64,000 bases of DNA from an uncultured Bacteroidota bacterium (GTDB lineage: Bacteria; Bacteroidota; Bacteroidia; Chitinophagales; Chitinophagaceae). Below are positions 7,892-17,890 of this stretch, one piece after another (position 1 is the stretch's first letter; every line of letters begins with the position of its first letter). A model generated the notes under the pieces. The model made no database searches. It was not told where the DNA came from and saw nothing but the letters and a program-made list of their open reading frames with translations. The stretch lies in assembly GCA_903821465.1 (NCBI GenBank), contig CAIJLK010000298.1:2523-66522 (forward strand). Direction: 5' to 3'. The translations under genes were made by a program, and so were the position numbers.

Positions 7892-10093
7892 ATGAAAAAG
7901 GTAATTAATATAAACTTCCAAGGCAGGGTAATACCCATAGAAGAAACTGCCTACGATATACTAAAGCAGTATGTGGATAGTTTGAGAAGATTCTTTGCCA
8001 ATGAAGAAGGTCGCGACGAGATCATTAATGATATTGAAGGACGCATCGCTGAACTGTTCAGTGAGAGCTTGAAAAAAGGCGACACCTGCATTACAGATGA
8101 TACAGTTAATAAGATCATTGCGAGCATGGGCCGTCCTGAAGATTTTGAAGGCGAAGAAACAAATGTAAAATCTCAATTAGGTGGTGAAGGCAACAAACAA
8201 CAATACAATAGTGGGTATAACGCTTTTGCAAATGACCCAAGAGGGAGACTTTACAGAAACGATACCGATAAATTATTGGGTGGTGTTTGTAGCGGCATTG
8301 CTAACTACCTAAGAGTAGATCCTACTATCGTTCGATTAGTATTTGCACTGATGGTGTTTGGTGCTGGTACAGGTGTACTTTTATATATTCTGCTTTGGAT
8401 AATACTCCCTTCAAAGCCTTTAGTAACCAATATTTCAAGCAAACGCTTATATAGAAACCCAGACGAAAAAGTAATCGCAGGTGTTGCAAGTGGTATCTCT
8501 GCCTACTTTGATATCGCAATATGGATTCCTCGATTAATTTTTGCTTTACCGCTAGTTTCAGGAATCGTTTCTTCTATTTTCCGCCACTCATTTTGGTGGG
8601 ATGGAGATCCTTTCCCAGGAGTGGTATTCGGATCTTTTGGAGGAACATTATTTATAGTATACGCCATTTTATGGGCTGTGATTCCGGAAGCCAATTCTGC
8701 TTCTGAAAAACTGGAAATGCGCGGCGAAAAAGTAGACTTGAATACTATTAAAAATACTATTCAAGAAGATTTGGAAGGATTTAAAAGTCGTGCCGAAAAA
8801 TGGGGCGGTGAAGTAGGTGATAAAGCACAAGAATGGAGTAAAGAATTTACACAAACTGTAAATGAAAAAGGCAAACACTTTTCTTCTGAAGTAAATTACG
8901 CAGCCAAGAAAACTACGGGCGGTGTTTTTAAAATCATCGGATTTATATTCAAAGCCTTCTTCTTATTCATCGCTGGTATCATAGCATTTGCACTACTAGT
9001 TGCACTACTTGCATTCTTAGTGGCTGGAATAGGTGTATTCCCTTTGAAAAATTTCTTCCTGGAAGGATTCTGGCAGAATTTCTTAGCATGGTCTACCCTA
9101 CTATTATTCTTAGGTGTACCCGTTATAGGTTTTATTACCTGGCTGATCAGAAGAATCATGGGTGTAAAATCAGGTAATAAATCTGTAGGATTAACAATCG
9201 CAGGAATGTGGGTACTAGGATTAATTTCAGCAGGCATCTTAGCATTTATGATCGCAGAAAACTTTGATGCAAGAGCAAGAGATAAACAACAACTCACAAT
9301 CACCCAACCTGCATCAGGAAAATTAGTCATTAAAGTTCCGGACAGTAAAGTAAAAGTATACGGACGCTGGTTTAAAATGGATGGCTTACTAAGTATTACT
9401 GACGATAGTTTATTCCTGAACAATGTGCGTATCCACTTAGTAAAAAGTAGCGATTCTCTCTTCCACATGGAAGCAACAAAATATAGTAATGGAAGTAATG
9501 AATCTGCAGCTTTACGAAATATTAAAGAAATGAACTACGGTATTAATCAGCAAGACAGTACCATTTGGTTGGATCGTGGATTCTCTTTACAACGTGGTAC
9601 TAAATTTCGTAATCAGGGTGTTGTTGTGACCATACAAATTCCGATTGGGAAAAGAATCTTGATTGATCGTACAGTACAACGCAGACTCAATCACTTTGAT
9701 GTAAACAATGGCCGTAACGATTGGGACTCTGATGAAGACTGGAACGATAATTATGGATGGGATTCTGATGTGGAATATAAAATGACAGCTGGAGGATTAG
9801 AGCGTTCTGATAAAAAAGTAAAAACAGTTGATGAGTCTCAAAATGATGAAGGCAATTCAAAACAAGAAGCGCTCGATAATTATAAGAAGAGTAAAGAAGA
9901 TCTGAAAAAAGAATATGAGAAAAAACAAAAAGAAGCAGAAGAGCTAAAGAAAGAATTGGACAAACCAATTGATAGCACACAGTATCATTACAAAAAAACT
10001 AATGCCATCAATGCTACTAAAGCTACAGAAGCAACTACTCAATTGGAAGATCTTCTTGATTCACACATGTTATTAATGCAAATGGTATTATAA
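7892..10093 (+). CDS. PspC domain-containing membrane protein
   Basis: MKKVININ...EI..DIE.RIAELF N-terminus; two PspC repeats (LYR..D..LGGVCSG and LYRNPD..IAGVASG). Confidence 0.9.
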   Translation: MKKVININFQGRVIPIEETAYDILKQYVDSLRRFFANEEGRDEIINDIEGRIAELFSESLKKGDTCITDDTVNKIIASMGRPEDFEGEETNVKSQLGGEGNKQQYNSGYNAFANDPRGRLYRNDTDKLLGGVCSGIANYLRVDPTIVRLVFALMVFGAGTGVLLYILLWIILPSKPLVTNISSKRLYRNPDEKVIAGVASGISAYFDIAIWIPRLIFALPLVSGIVSSIFRHSFWWDGDPFPGVVFGSFGGTLFIVYAILWAVIPEANSASEKLEMRGEKVDLNTIKNTIQEDLEGFKSRAEKWGGEVGDKAQEWSKEFTQTVNEKGKHFSSEVNYAAKKTTGGVFKIIGFIFKAFFLFIAGIIAFALLVALLAFLVAGIGVFPLKNFFLEGFWQNFLAWSTLLLFLGVPVIGFITWLIRRIMGVKSGNKSVGLTIAGMWVLGLISAGILAFMIAENFDARARDKQQLTITQPASGKLVIKVPDSKVKVYGRWFKMDGLLSITDDSLFLNNVRIHLVKSSDSLFHMEATKYSNGSNESAALRNIKEMNYGINQQDSTIWLDRGFSLQRGTKFRNQGVVVTIQIPIGKRILIDRTVQRRLNHFDVNNGRNDWDSDEDWNDNYGWDSDVEYKMTAGGLERSDKKVKTVDESQNDEGNSKQEALDNYKKSKEDLKKEYEKKQKEAEELKKELDKPIDSTQYHYKKTNAINATKATEATTQLEDLLDSHMLLMQMVL

Positions 10094-10175
10094 ACTCGGT
10101 TGAAGTTGGGAAATAAAAGAACCTCTTGTTGTTCTCAGCTGGAGGTTCTCCCTTCCTAAAATTTAAATCAGCTTT

Positions 10176-10565
10176 ATGCGTAAAATTATTCTGGTTTTCT
10201 TGATAGGAATTATGGTGATCATTGGATTTGGCGTATTTGTAGCCTTTAAAATTGCTTCAAATACCAATATCTCCATTAATGTAAATGATAATGATGAAGA
10301 ATACCAGGTAGAGGCATCTTATGGAAGAGCACAATCTAGAAGAGTGCTCAGTTATATCGATGCACAACTTAGTAAGTCCAAACAATTCCGTCATTCTCGT
10401 ATGGATGGAGATATTGAACTGGATGATCATACCAAACTCTATATTAAAACAAGGCCCGGCCGTTTAATTATTAAAATCAATAAAAATGATAATGATAGCG
10501 CTGGAGTTGAAAGAATCAGAGAACTTACAGAAGGTATTAAAGTTCGTTTGACCGAAAATAATTGA
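10176..10565 (+). CDS. hypothetical membrane-anchored protein
   Basis: 129-aa ORF with an N-terminal hydrophobic helix, followed by a terminator. Confidence 0.75.
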   Translation: MRKIILVFLIGIMVIIGFGVFVAFKIASNTNISINVNDNDEEYQVEASYGRAQSRRVLSYIDAQLSKSKQFRHSRMDGDIELDDHTKLYIKTRPGRLIIKINKNDNDSAGVERIRELTEGIKVRLTENN

Positions 10566-10585
10566 AAATTACAGTTAGATGATAG

Positions 10586-10614
10586 AGCAGGCTCCTTAGG
10601 GGGCCTGCTTTTTT
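10586..10614 (+). terminator. Rho-independent terminator
   Basis: agcaggctcc-ttag-ggggcctgct plus T run. Confidence 0.85.
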
Positions 10615-10689
10615 ATTTTATCTTGCACCCCGCAACACTTATTTTTGCGCTGAAATAGAATGGTCGACTCATTAATTTTCAAAAAACTT

Positions 10690-11775
10690 ATGAAAAACAC
10701 TGCATTTACACAAAAACACATTGCCCTCGGAGCCAAAATGGCCGAGTTTGCTGGATACAATATGCCCATCAGCTATAGCGGCATCAATGATGAACACGCA
10801 GCCGTTAGAAAAAATGCTGGCGTATTTGATGTAAGTCATATGGGTGAATTTATTTTGAAAGGCGAGAATGCTTTAGACTTGATTCAACGAGTTACTTCTA
10901 ATGACGCTTCAAAAATTTCTGATGGACAAGCACAATACAGTTGCCTGCCGAATAAAGAAGGGGGCATTGTAGATGATCTGATCGTGTATTGTATTGAAAA
11001 AGACAAGGTTTATATGTTGGTGGTGAATGCTTCCAATATTGATAAAGATTGGAATTGGATCAGTAGTTTCAATACCAAAAATGTTGATATGGAAAATATC
11101 AGCGATAAAACTTGTTTGTTGGCGATACAGGGACCAAACGCTTGCAAAATTTTGCAGCCTCTGGCAGAAGTGGATATCATGAATTTAAAATATTACACTT
11201 TCGTAAAAGGAAAGTTTGCTGGAATTGATAACGTAATAATCAGCGCAACTGGCTATACTGGATCAGGTGGTGTTGAAATATATTTCGAAGATGCAAACGG
11301 TGCAGCTGATAAAATCTGGGATGCTATTTTTGAAGCAGGAGCTACTCTTGGTATCAAACCAATTGGCTTGGGTGCAAGGGATACGCTCCGTTTAGAAATG
11401 GGCTACTGTTTATATGGAAATGATATTAACGATACTACATCTCCACTTGAAGCTGGTTTGGGATGGATTACAAAATTCACAAAAGACTTTACCAATAGAC
11501 CCTTCTTAGAAAATCAAAAAACAACTGGTGTTAGCAAAAAATTAGTGGGATTTGAAATGTTGGAGCGAGGAATTCCTCGTCACGACTATATTATCAAAGA
11601 CGCTGCGGGCAATCCAATTGGAACTGTTACAAGTGGCACACAAGCTCCTTCTTTGAATAAAGCGGTCGGACTAGGCTATGTAGCCACCGCGCATGCTGCA
11701 ATTGATTCGGAAATTTATATCGATATTAGAAATGTGTTGGTAAAAGCTAAAGTGGTGAAAGCGCCTTTTGCTTAA
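10690..11775 (+). CDS. gcvT: glycine cleavage system aminomethyltransferase T
   Basis: [37 protein letters not shown]; start placed at MKNTAF. Confidence 0.97.
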   Translation: MKNTAFTQKHIALGAKMAEFAGYNMPISYSGINDEHAAVRKNAGVFDVSHMGEFILKGENALDLIQRVTSNDASKISDGQAQYSCLPNKEGGIVDDLIVYCIEKDKVYMLVVNASNIDKDWNWISSFNTKNVDMENISDKTCLLAIQGPNACKILQPLAEVDIMNLKYYTFVKGKFAGIDNVIISATGYTGSGGVEIYFEDANGAADKIWDAIFEAGATLGIKPIGLGARDTLRLEMGYCLYGNDINDTTSPLEAGLGWITKFTKDFTNRPFLENQKTTGVSKKLVGFEMLERGIPRHDYIIKDAAGNPIGTVTSGTQAPSLNKAVGLGYVATAHAAIDSEIYIDIRNVLVKAKVVKAPFA

Positions 11776-11788
11776 TCACAATTCTTAT

Positions 11789-11829
11789 AAAAAAAAGCCC
11801 GGAACAAATTATTGTTTCGGGCTTTTTTT
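11789..11829. terminator. bidirectional terminator between gcvT and the M16 peptidase
   Basis: A run, agcccggaacaa...ttgtttcgggct stem, T run. Confidence 0.85.
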
Positions 11830-13078
11830 ATTTAGATTCTTCCTTGTTACTCATATACCAAATAGTATTGCTATTTGTTTCAGCAAATAATCCTCTACTG
11901 TAATTCCTTAGGTCTTCTTCTGTTACAGCATAATATTTTTCTAATTCGGTATTCATCAAATTGGCATCTCCTAACAACTCATAAAAAGCGAGACTACTTG
12001 CTCTACTACTAATACCCATATCTTCAAAAGCCATCACACTTTCTGTTTTGTTTTTCACTTTCTGCAATTCTTGGGCAGATACTAATTCATTACAAATTAA
12101 ATTGAGCTGCTGCATCACTCCTGCCTCAGCCTTTGCCATATCAACACCCTGTACTAGTTTACCTTCAATTGTAAATAATCCTGGATCCACACTCCCATAA
12201 TGATAGCAATCAATACCAGAAAACAATTGTTGTTCTTTTACTAAGGATTGAAACAAACGAGAAGATCCACCTCCCCCCAAAATTTCAGTGAGCAGATCTG
12301 CTATATAATATCCATTGTCTAATCTACCTGACATATGCCAGGTTTTTACAAAAGCATCCACGGGCACATTTGCTTTGATCTCTAGGCGATGCGCTTCAGT
12401 CTGCAATGGTTCTACAGGTAAATCTCTATGATATTTTTCTCCTCCGGGTATTGGACCAAACCATTTCTCTGCCAATGCTTTTACTTCAGCAGCAGGCATC
12501 GGTCCGGCTACAACCAAAATAGCATTTGCCGGGCAATAATGTTTTTTAAAAAACTGTTTTACATCTTCAATTTTTGCATCTTCCACATGCTTTAATTCCT
12601 TTCCAATGGTCATCCAACGATATGGATGTACAGTGAAAGCTAGTACACGCATTTTATGCCAAAGATCACCATAGGGTTTATTGATATAATGCTCTTTGAA
12701 TTCTTCACAAACCACTTTGCGCTGTACCGATAAACTTTTCTCACTAAATGCAAGGCTCAACATTCGATCACTCTCCAACCAAAAAGCTGTTTCAAGATTT
12801 TGTACGGGTACCTGACAATAATAATTAGTGAGGTCGTTCGTAGTGTATGCATTATTCTCACCACCCGCAACTTGCAAAGGGGCATCATAATCTGGAATAT
12901 TTACACTTCCTCCAAACATCAAGTGTTCAAATAAATGCGCAAAACCTGTTTGCTCAGGATTCTCATCGCGGGCACCTACATCGTACAAAACATTCACAAC
13001 CGCCATTGGCGTAGAATTGTCTTCATGCACAATTAATTTCAATCCATTATCTAATACAAAGCGTTGGTATGTTATCAT
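11828..13078 (-). CDS. M16 family zinc peptidase, catalytic subunit
   Basis: TGFAHLFEHLMFGGS (HxxEH), NAYT, LESDRM. Confidence 0.93.
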   Translation of the reverse strand: MITYQRFVLDNGLKLIVHEDNSTPMAVVNVLYDVGARDENPEQTGFAHLFEHLMFGGSVNIPDYDAPLQVAGGENNAYTTNDLTNYYCQVPVQNLETAFWLESDRMLSLAFSEKSLSVQRKVVCEEFKEHYINKPYGDLWHKMRVLAFTVHPYRWMTIGKELKHVEDAKIEDVKQFFKKHYCPANAILVVAGPMPAAEVKALAEKWFGPIPGGEKYHRDLPVEPLQTEAHRLEIKANVPVDAFVKTWHMSGRLDNGYYIADLLTEILGGGGSSRLFQSLVKEQQLFSGIDCYHYGSVDPGLFTIEGKLVQGVDMAKAEAGVMQQLNLICNELVSAQELQKVKNKTESVMAFEDMGISSRASSLAFYELLGDANLMNTELEKYYAVTEEDLRNYSRGLFAETNSNTIWYMSNKEESK

Positions 13079-13145
13079 AGTTCTTGAAAAGGAAGTTGCA
13101 AATTAAGCATTGGCTATCTATTTCAGAGATAAGAATTCAAAATGT

Positions 13146-14345
13146 CTACTTTTTTCTAATATCCTTTACAGTCATAGATAGTATCATGGGCTCTTTGTTT
13201 CTAAAAATCACCACTTTCACTTTCCCAAACGAATTCTGAAACAGATTTTTATATGCTTGAATGTTTTTCGAATAATTATTTTCAATGGAAAAAATCACAT
13301 CCCCTGATTTGAAACCCGCTAGATCTCCGGGCGACCCAGGAATGATATCTATTACTTTTATTTCTGAATCTACCTGATAAATTCCCAGACCGGTATAGGC
13401 ATAATCGAAATTTTCAAATGAATGAGCGTTAGGTTTGATATAAATGCGTTGTTCTGGATAGTTAAGTATGAGGTTGAATCGGCGCAATAAATCATTGCCT
13501 ATTAATCCCCCTAATAAGGGATAACTGGTTACGTTAAATTCATCATCAAAAATGTGCACAGGCACTTGCTTAAATTTATACGGCCCAATCTTCACTTCTT
13601 TTACAATTGTTAGCGTCATCACTTTTTTCCCGCCTAGCCCTTCGGCCTGAGTAGTGTATACCTGCCTTCCCTTTTTAATGATGGAACTATCTTCTACAAA
13701 ATCTTTCGACAGTAATAAACAAAGCCCTGCTCCAGTATCGAAAATAAATCGGGTTACCACATTTCTACCATCGTTAATCATGGCAGGGTGCAAGGGCAAA
13801 TTTGAAAAGTCGGGATGCATCATATATCCCCCTCTTGGATATTTAATTACACCTGGGGTATACACTTCGATCATTAAATCATCGTAATTCACTTTTACAA
13901 TAAAGCGTCTCAAAAAACTAAACCCAATCACTCCATCAATCCGAACTCCATAAACGCTCGACAATAATCCATAATCATTAATATGAAAATCAAGATGCGG
14001 AACATCCAATCCCTTTAAGTGAAGTGTATGATCATACGCAAAATCAACCAGTTTCAACCCTGCAATCCCCCTAATGGTTCTGCCACTTTTTTTAAGCGGC
14101 AAGCCAAGTTCTAGTACAGTTGTTGAATCAAGCGAAATACCACCACTCCCTGTATCTAATACAAAATTTAAAGAGTCCACACAATTATCTACTTTGGCTT
14201 TTAGTACTACAATACCTCCATTCAATTGCACAAAAGGGAAACGTGTTAGCAAATGTGCTGGCTCTTGCACAAATTCTTCCTGGGCATACAAGTTGCCAGT
14301 AGTTAAAATAATAATAGATAAAATGATTGAGCCAACCCGCTTCAT
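13146..14345 (-). CDS. secreted aspartyl protease with two retropepsin-like domains and a PDZ domain
   Basis: Two DTG motifs (FVLDTGS, FIFDTGA), each followed by a G.IG motif; C-terminal GSPG..AG...GDVI PDZ. Confidence 0.88.
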   Translation of the reverse strand: MKRVGSIILSIIILTTGNLYAQEEFVQEPAHLLTRFPFVQLNGGIVVLKAKVDNCVDSLNFVLDTGSGGISLDSTTVLELGLPLKKSGRTIRGIAGLKLVDFAYDHTLHLKGLDVPHLDFHINDYGLLSSVYGVRIDGVIGFSFLRRFIVKVNYDDLMIEVYTPGVIKYPRGGYMMHPDFSNLPLHPAMINDGRNVVTRFIFDTGAGLCLLLSKDFVEDSSIIKKGRQVYTTQAEGLGGKKVMTLTIVKEVKIGPYKFKQVPVHIFDDEFNVTSYPLLGGLIGNDLLRRFNLILNYPEQRIYIKPNAHSFENFDYAYTGLGIYQVDSEIKVIDIIPGSPGDLAGFKSGDVIFSIENNYSKNIQAYKNLFQNSFGKVKVVIFRNKEPMILSMTVKDIRKK

Positions 14346-14477
14346 ACTACTGAATATACTAAATAAACTTTATTTATTATTTACCATTATAGAAAACATA
14401 ATTATCCTTTAACAGTGGTAAAATTCGATAGTTTACCGTTGTTAACCCTAACTTTGCGCGAGTAAAAATTACACAAG

Positions 14478-15602
14478 ATGCAGTTAGCAGACTTATACAA
14501 AAAAGCTTTAGCATTCGAATTTCTGACAGTAGAAGAAGGCATGTTTTTATTTGAGCATGCACCACTTACAGAACTTATGAATGTAGCAGATGAATTAAGA
14601 AAGTTACAAGTACCCCATGGAAAAGTTTCCTGGCAAATCGATAGAAACGTCAACACCACTAATGTTTGTATCGCCAATTGTAAATTCTGTAATTTTTATA
14701 GAATACCTGGACATGCCGACGCCTATATAACCGACATGCCAACCTATCGTATAAAAATTGCTGAGACCCTGAAATATGGTGGGGACCAATTGCTATTGCA
14801 GGGTGGGCACCATCCTGAATTGGGACTAGACTTTTATACCAATACTTTCCGAGCAATTAAACAGGAATTCCCACATTTAAAATTACATGCACTCGGGCCA
14901 CCAGAAGTGGCACATATCAGCAAGTTGGCAAAGATGAGTCACTACGACACCTTAAAAGCTTTGAAGGAATCGGGATTAGATTCCCTACCAGGAGCTGGCG
15001 CTGAAATATTAATCGATCGGGTAAGAAGACTCATTTCAAAAGGCAAATGTGGCGCTGATGAATGGCTTGAAGTCATGCACCAAGCTCATAACCTTCATAT
15101 CACTACCAGTGCCACCATGATGTTTGGCCACGTGGAAACGATTGAAGAAAGATTTATTCACTTGGTTAAAATCAGGGAGACCCAAAGTAAAAAACCTGTG
15201 GATGCAAAGGGATTCCTAGCTTTTATTCCTTGGACATTCCAAGATGCGGATACCTTATTGGCTAGGATCAGGGGAGTTCATAATTTAATCACACCTGATG
15301 AATATATCCGGATGATTGCGATGAGCCGTATCATGCTTCCAAATGTCAAGAATATTCAGGCAAGCTGGTTAACAGTAGGTAAACAAACTGCACAGATTTG
15401 CCTGCATGCCGGCGCAAACGACTTTGGTAGTATCATGATCGAAGAAAATGTGGTGAGCGCGGCGGGTGCTCCGCATCGTTTTACCTATAAGACTATTCAG
15501 GATGCTATTAAAGAAGCAGGATTTGAACCTCAGTTGAGAAATCAGCAATATGAGTGGCGAGATATCCCCGAATCGATCCAAGAACAGGTTATAAACTATT
15601 AA
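14478..15602 (+). CDS. mqnC: cyclic dehypoxanthinyl futalosine synthase (radical SAM, CofH/MqnC family)
   Basis: DRNVNTTNVCxxxCxFC, LLQGGHHP, PGAGAEIL, ATMMFGH, GANDFGS.MIEENVV. Confidence 0.9.
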   Translation: MQLADLYKKALAFEFLTVEEGMFLFEHAPLTELMNVADELRKLQVPHGKVSWQIDRNVNTTNVCIANCKFCNFYRIPGHADAYITDMPTYRIKIAETLKYGGDQLLLQGGHHPELGLDFYTNTFRAIKQEFPHLKLHALGPPEVAHISKLAKMSHYDTLKALKESGLDSLPGAGAEILIDRVRRLISKGKCGADEWLEVMHQAHNLHITTSATMMFGHVETIEERFIHLVKIRETQSKKPVDAKGFLAFIPWTFQDADTLLARIRGVHNLITPDEYIRMIAMSRIMLPNVKNIQASWLTVGKQTAQICLHAGANDFGSIMIEENVVSAAGAPHRFTYKTIQDAIKEAGFEPQLRNQQYEWRDIPESIQEQVINY

Positions 15603-15609
15603 ACTTTAT

Positions 15610-15642
15610 AAAAGAGTCTCAAATTAGAGGCTCTTTTCTTTT
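15610..15642 (+). terminator. terminator after mqnC
   Basis: aaaagagtctc...gaggctctttt plus T run. Confidence 0.75.
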
Positions 15643-15710
15643 ATATTTCAATCATTCACAATATTTTTATGTGATAATACGTTGTTCTATTAAGGAATCC
15701 CCGGTGAGAA

Positions 15711-16160
15711 ATGACGATTATGAATATTTTTAAATCATTAATCTGCTTAGATTACTACAATCTAAGATTGCAAAACAGGGCTAAAGAAGCTAGTACTAGT
15801 AGTGTACATAGGATAGGGATTGCTTGGATTTGCAATATATTGACAATTATTGGCGGGTATTTTATCTATTTCAGACTTCACAATCAACCAGAACTGGTAT
15901 ATGATAAACTTTACGAATGGCACTATTATGAATTAGCGGGTAGAGTTATTATACTAGTATTGCTGACCATCATTTATCTTATAGCCTTTACAGTTTATGG
16001 CGATAAAACAACAATTCAGTCAACCCTTAAGTACTACGTTAGTCTTCCCTCAGAAAGGCAGGAAAAAATAGCCCGGAACGCAAGCCGTTATTTCATCATT
16101 TCATTCTTGTTATTTACAGCTGTTGCTATTACGCTATTGTACTTATTCAAGATCAAATAG
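15711..16160 (+). CDS. hypothetical membrane protein (3 TM)
   Basis: 149-aa ORF with three hydrophobic segments. Confidence 0.7.
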   Translation: MTIMNIFKSLICLDYYNLRLQNRAKEASTSSVHRIGIAWICNILTIIGGYFIYFRLHNQPELVYDKLYEWHYYELAGRVIILVLLTIIYLIAFTVYGDKTTIQSTLKYYVSLPSERQEKIARNASRYFIISFLLFTAVAITLLYLFKIK

Positions 16161-16232
16161 GCTTCATCTCCCTATTTTCCTCCTTTATTATCTAAACGGT
16201 TACCTGTGTAGCAGATTTTATTTTTCCTTTGC

Positions 16233-16260
16233 TGTAACAATTAGCCTGTAAGTCCGTATA
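16233..16260 (+). promoter_or_regulatory. putative ECF sigma autoregulatory promoter
   Basis: TGTAAC-N16-CGTATA upstream of the ECF gene fits the AAC/CGT ECF consensus. Confidence 0.5.
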
Positions 16261-16299
16261 ACATTCAAAGGCTAATATTTCAATACTGATCAGCTGCTT

Positions 16300-16785
16300 A
16301 TGACTGAGTTCGAATACAATCAATGTGTTAATCAATGGGCCGATAATGTATTTCGGTTTATTGTAAAAAACCTCAGACATGAGGAAGACGCAAGAGATAT
16401 TGTGCAGTCCGCCTTTGAAAAAATGTGGCGAAATAGGGATGCTGTAGAATTTGCAAAGGCTAAATCATTCTTATTTACGGTGGCCTATAATCAAATGATC
16501 GACCATATTCGCAAATCAAAACGGATTCAGTTGAAGGATGAGTTTAATGAAGATGGTAGGAGTCAGCATCAACTCAATTCGAATCTGAAACAAACTTTGA
16601 TGGAGGCATTGAATAGATTGAATGAAACGCAGAAGAGTTTAGTGATGCTAAAAGATTATGAAGGATACAGTTATGAAGAAATTGGACAAATCATGGATTT
16701 AACAGAGAGTCAGGTAAAAGTGTACTTGCATCGTGCTCGTTTAGCATTGCGCAATTACCTCGTGAGCCCTGAAAACGTAAGATAA
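16300..16785 (+). CDS. ECF-type RNA polymerase sigma factor
   Basis: DARDIVQ..F.KMW (region 2), EGYSYEEIG..M.LTESQVKVYLHRAR (region 4). Confidence 0.95.
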   Translation: MTEFEYNQCVNQWADNVFRFIVKNLRHEEDARDIVQSAFEKMWRNRDAVEFAKAKSFLFTVAYNQMIDHIRKSKRIQLKDEFNEDGRSQHQLNSNLKQTLMEALNRLNETQKSLVMLKDYEGYSYEEIGQIMDLTESQVKVYLHRARLALRNYLVSPENVR

Positions 16786-16806
16786 AGATTCGATAAAATT
16801 CGAAAT

Positions 16807-17874
16807 ATGAACATCACCCGATTGAATTACGAAAATTATTTTCTGCTTTATGTAGATGGGGAACTGTCTATCGCAGAAATGCAAGCTGTTAAAAGCTTTG
16901 CAGCAGAGAATAAGGATCTGGCTGATGAACTTAAAATGCTTTTGCAAACAAAATTATCATCAGAAGAAAATTATTATTTCGAAAATAAGTCAACCTTACT
17001 AAGAACTACTTCTGCTCATATTAATAGCATTAATTACGAAGAGAAGTTTTTATTGTTTGTAGATAAAGAAGTCTCAGAGCAGGAAGCAGAGGAAACCCTT
17101 GATTTTGTTTCGAAGCATCCAATATATCAGGAACTGTTTGAGACAATTCAACAAACAAAACTTCCTGATGAAAAAATCAGTTTCCCTAATAAGGATTCTT
17201 TGTACAGAAGAGAAGAAAAAAGAAAGCCAATAATCTTTATGCAATGGTGGAAGGTGGCCGTTGCTGCAGCATTAATAGGCTTAATAGTATTGATCGGATT
17301 TTTTGTTCCATATCATAATCAGTCAGCCACTATTGTAAAAACAAAGATCAATACTAATCCCACTGAACTTAAGAATAAACAAAATACTACTATTGTAAAA
17401 AGCCAGAACGAAGCACCCATTTTTGTTCAGCAGAAAAATACAATTACAAAAAAATCTACCATAACACCTGATATAAATATTACACTAGAACAGCCTAATT
17501 CAGCAGAAAGCTTGATTGCGAAAACAGAAGTTTCACAACAAAAAAAAGAACAGGGAACTATTATATTGAATTCAAACAATAGTATCTCAGCCAACAATAA
17601 TCATAACATTGAAATACCGTCAAATTCGCACACTAATCAAATTATAGCTGTAAGTAATCGTATTCTGGAAACAGAACAAAGCAATTTTGTGAAGCCTGCA
17701 GTGTATAAAGAATTGGATACAGACGATGACAGTAAGAGTTTGTATCTAGGGTCTGTAGAAATCAATAAAGATAAACTACGTGGGTTATTGCGTAAAGCAT
17801 CTAGCCTTTTCAAAGTCAAAAATAAAAACGAAGAAGAAAAAATCGAATTATCCAATAGCCACACATTAGAATAA
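16807..17874 (+). CDS. putative anti-sigma factor (single TM)
   Basis: Directly follows the ECF gene; duplicated N-terminal NYE..FLL.VD.E module; WW.VAVAAA TM helix. Confidence 0.75.
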   Translation: MNITRLNYENYFLLYVDGELSIAEMQAVKSFAAENKDLADELKMLLQTKLSSEENYYFENKSTLLRTTSAHINSINYEEKFLLFVDKEVSEQEAEETLDFVSKHPIYQELFETIQQTKLPDEKISFPNKDSLYRREEKRKPIIFMQWWKVAVAAALIGLIVLIGFFVPYHNQSATIVKTKINTNPTELKNKQNTTIVKSQNEAPIFVQQKNTITKKSTITPDINITLEQPNSAESLIAKTEVSQQKKEQGTIILNSNNSISANNNHNIEIPSNSHTNQIIAVSNRILETEQSNFVKPAVYKELDTDDDSKSLYLGSVEINKDKLRGLLRKASSLFKVKNKNEEEKIELSNSHTLE

Positions 17875-17890
17875 CAGAAAACAAAAGAAT

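Noticed and set aside
8896-9468. 190-aa minus-strand ORF
   Set aside because: Antisense shadow of the PspC gene, with no recognisable motifs
10566-10689. Glycine riboswitch upstream of gcvT
   Set aside because: Region holds only a terminator and a short promoter/UTR; no aptamer motifs
14478-15602. Lone mqnC as an unusual pathway gene
   Set aside because: Futalosine pathway genes are commonly scattered; the rest may lie outside the window
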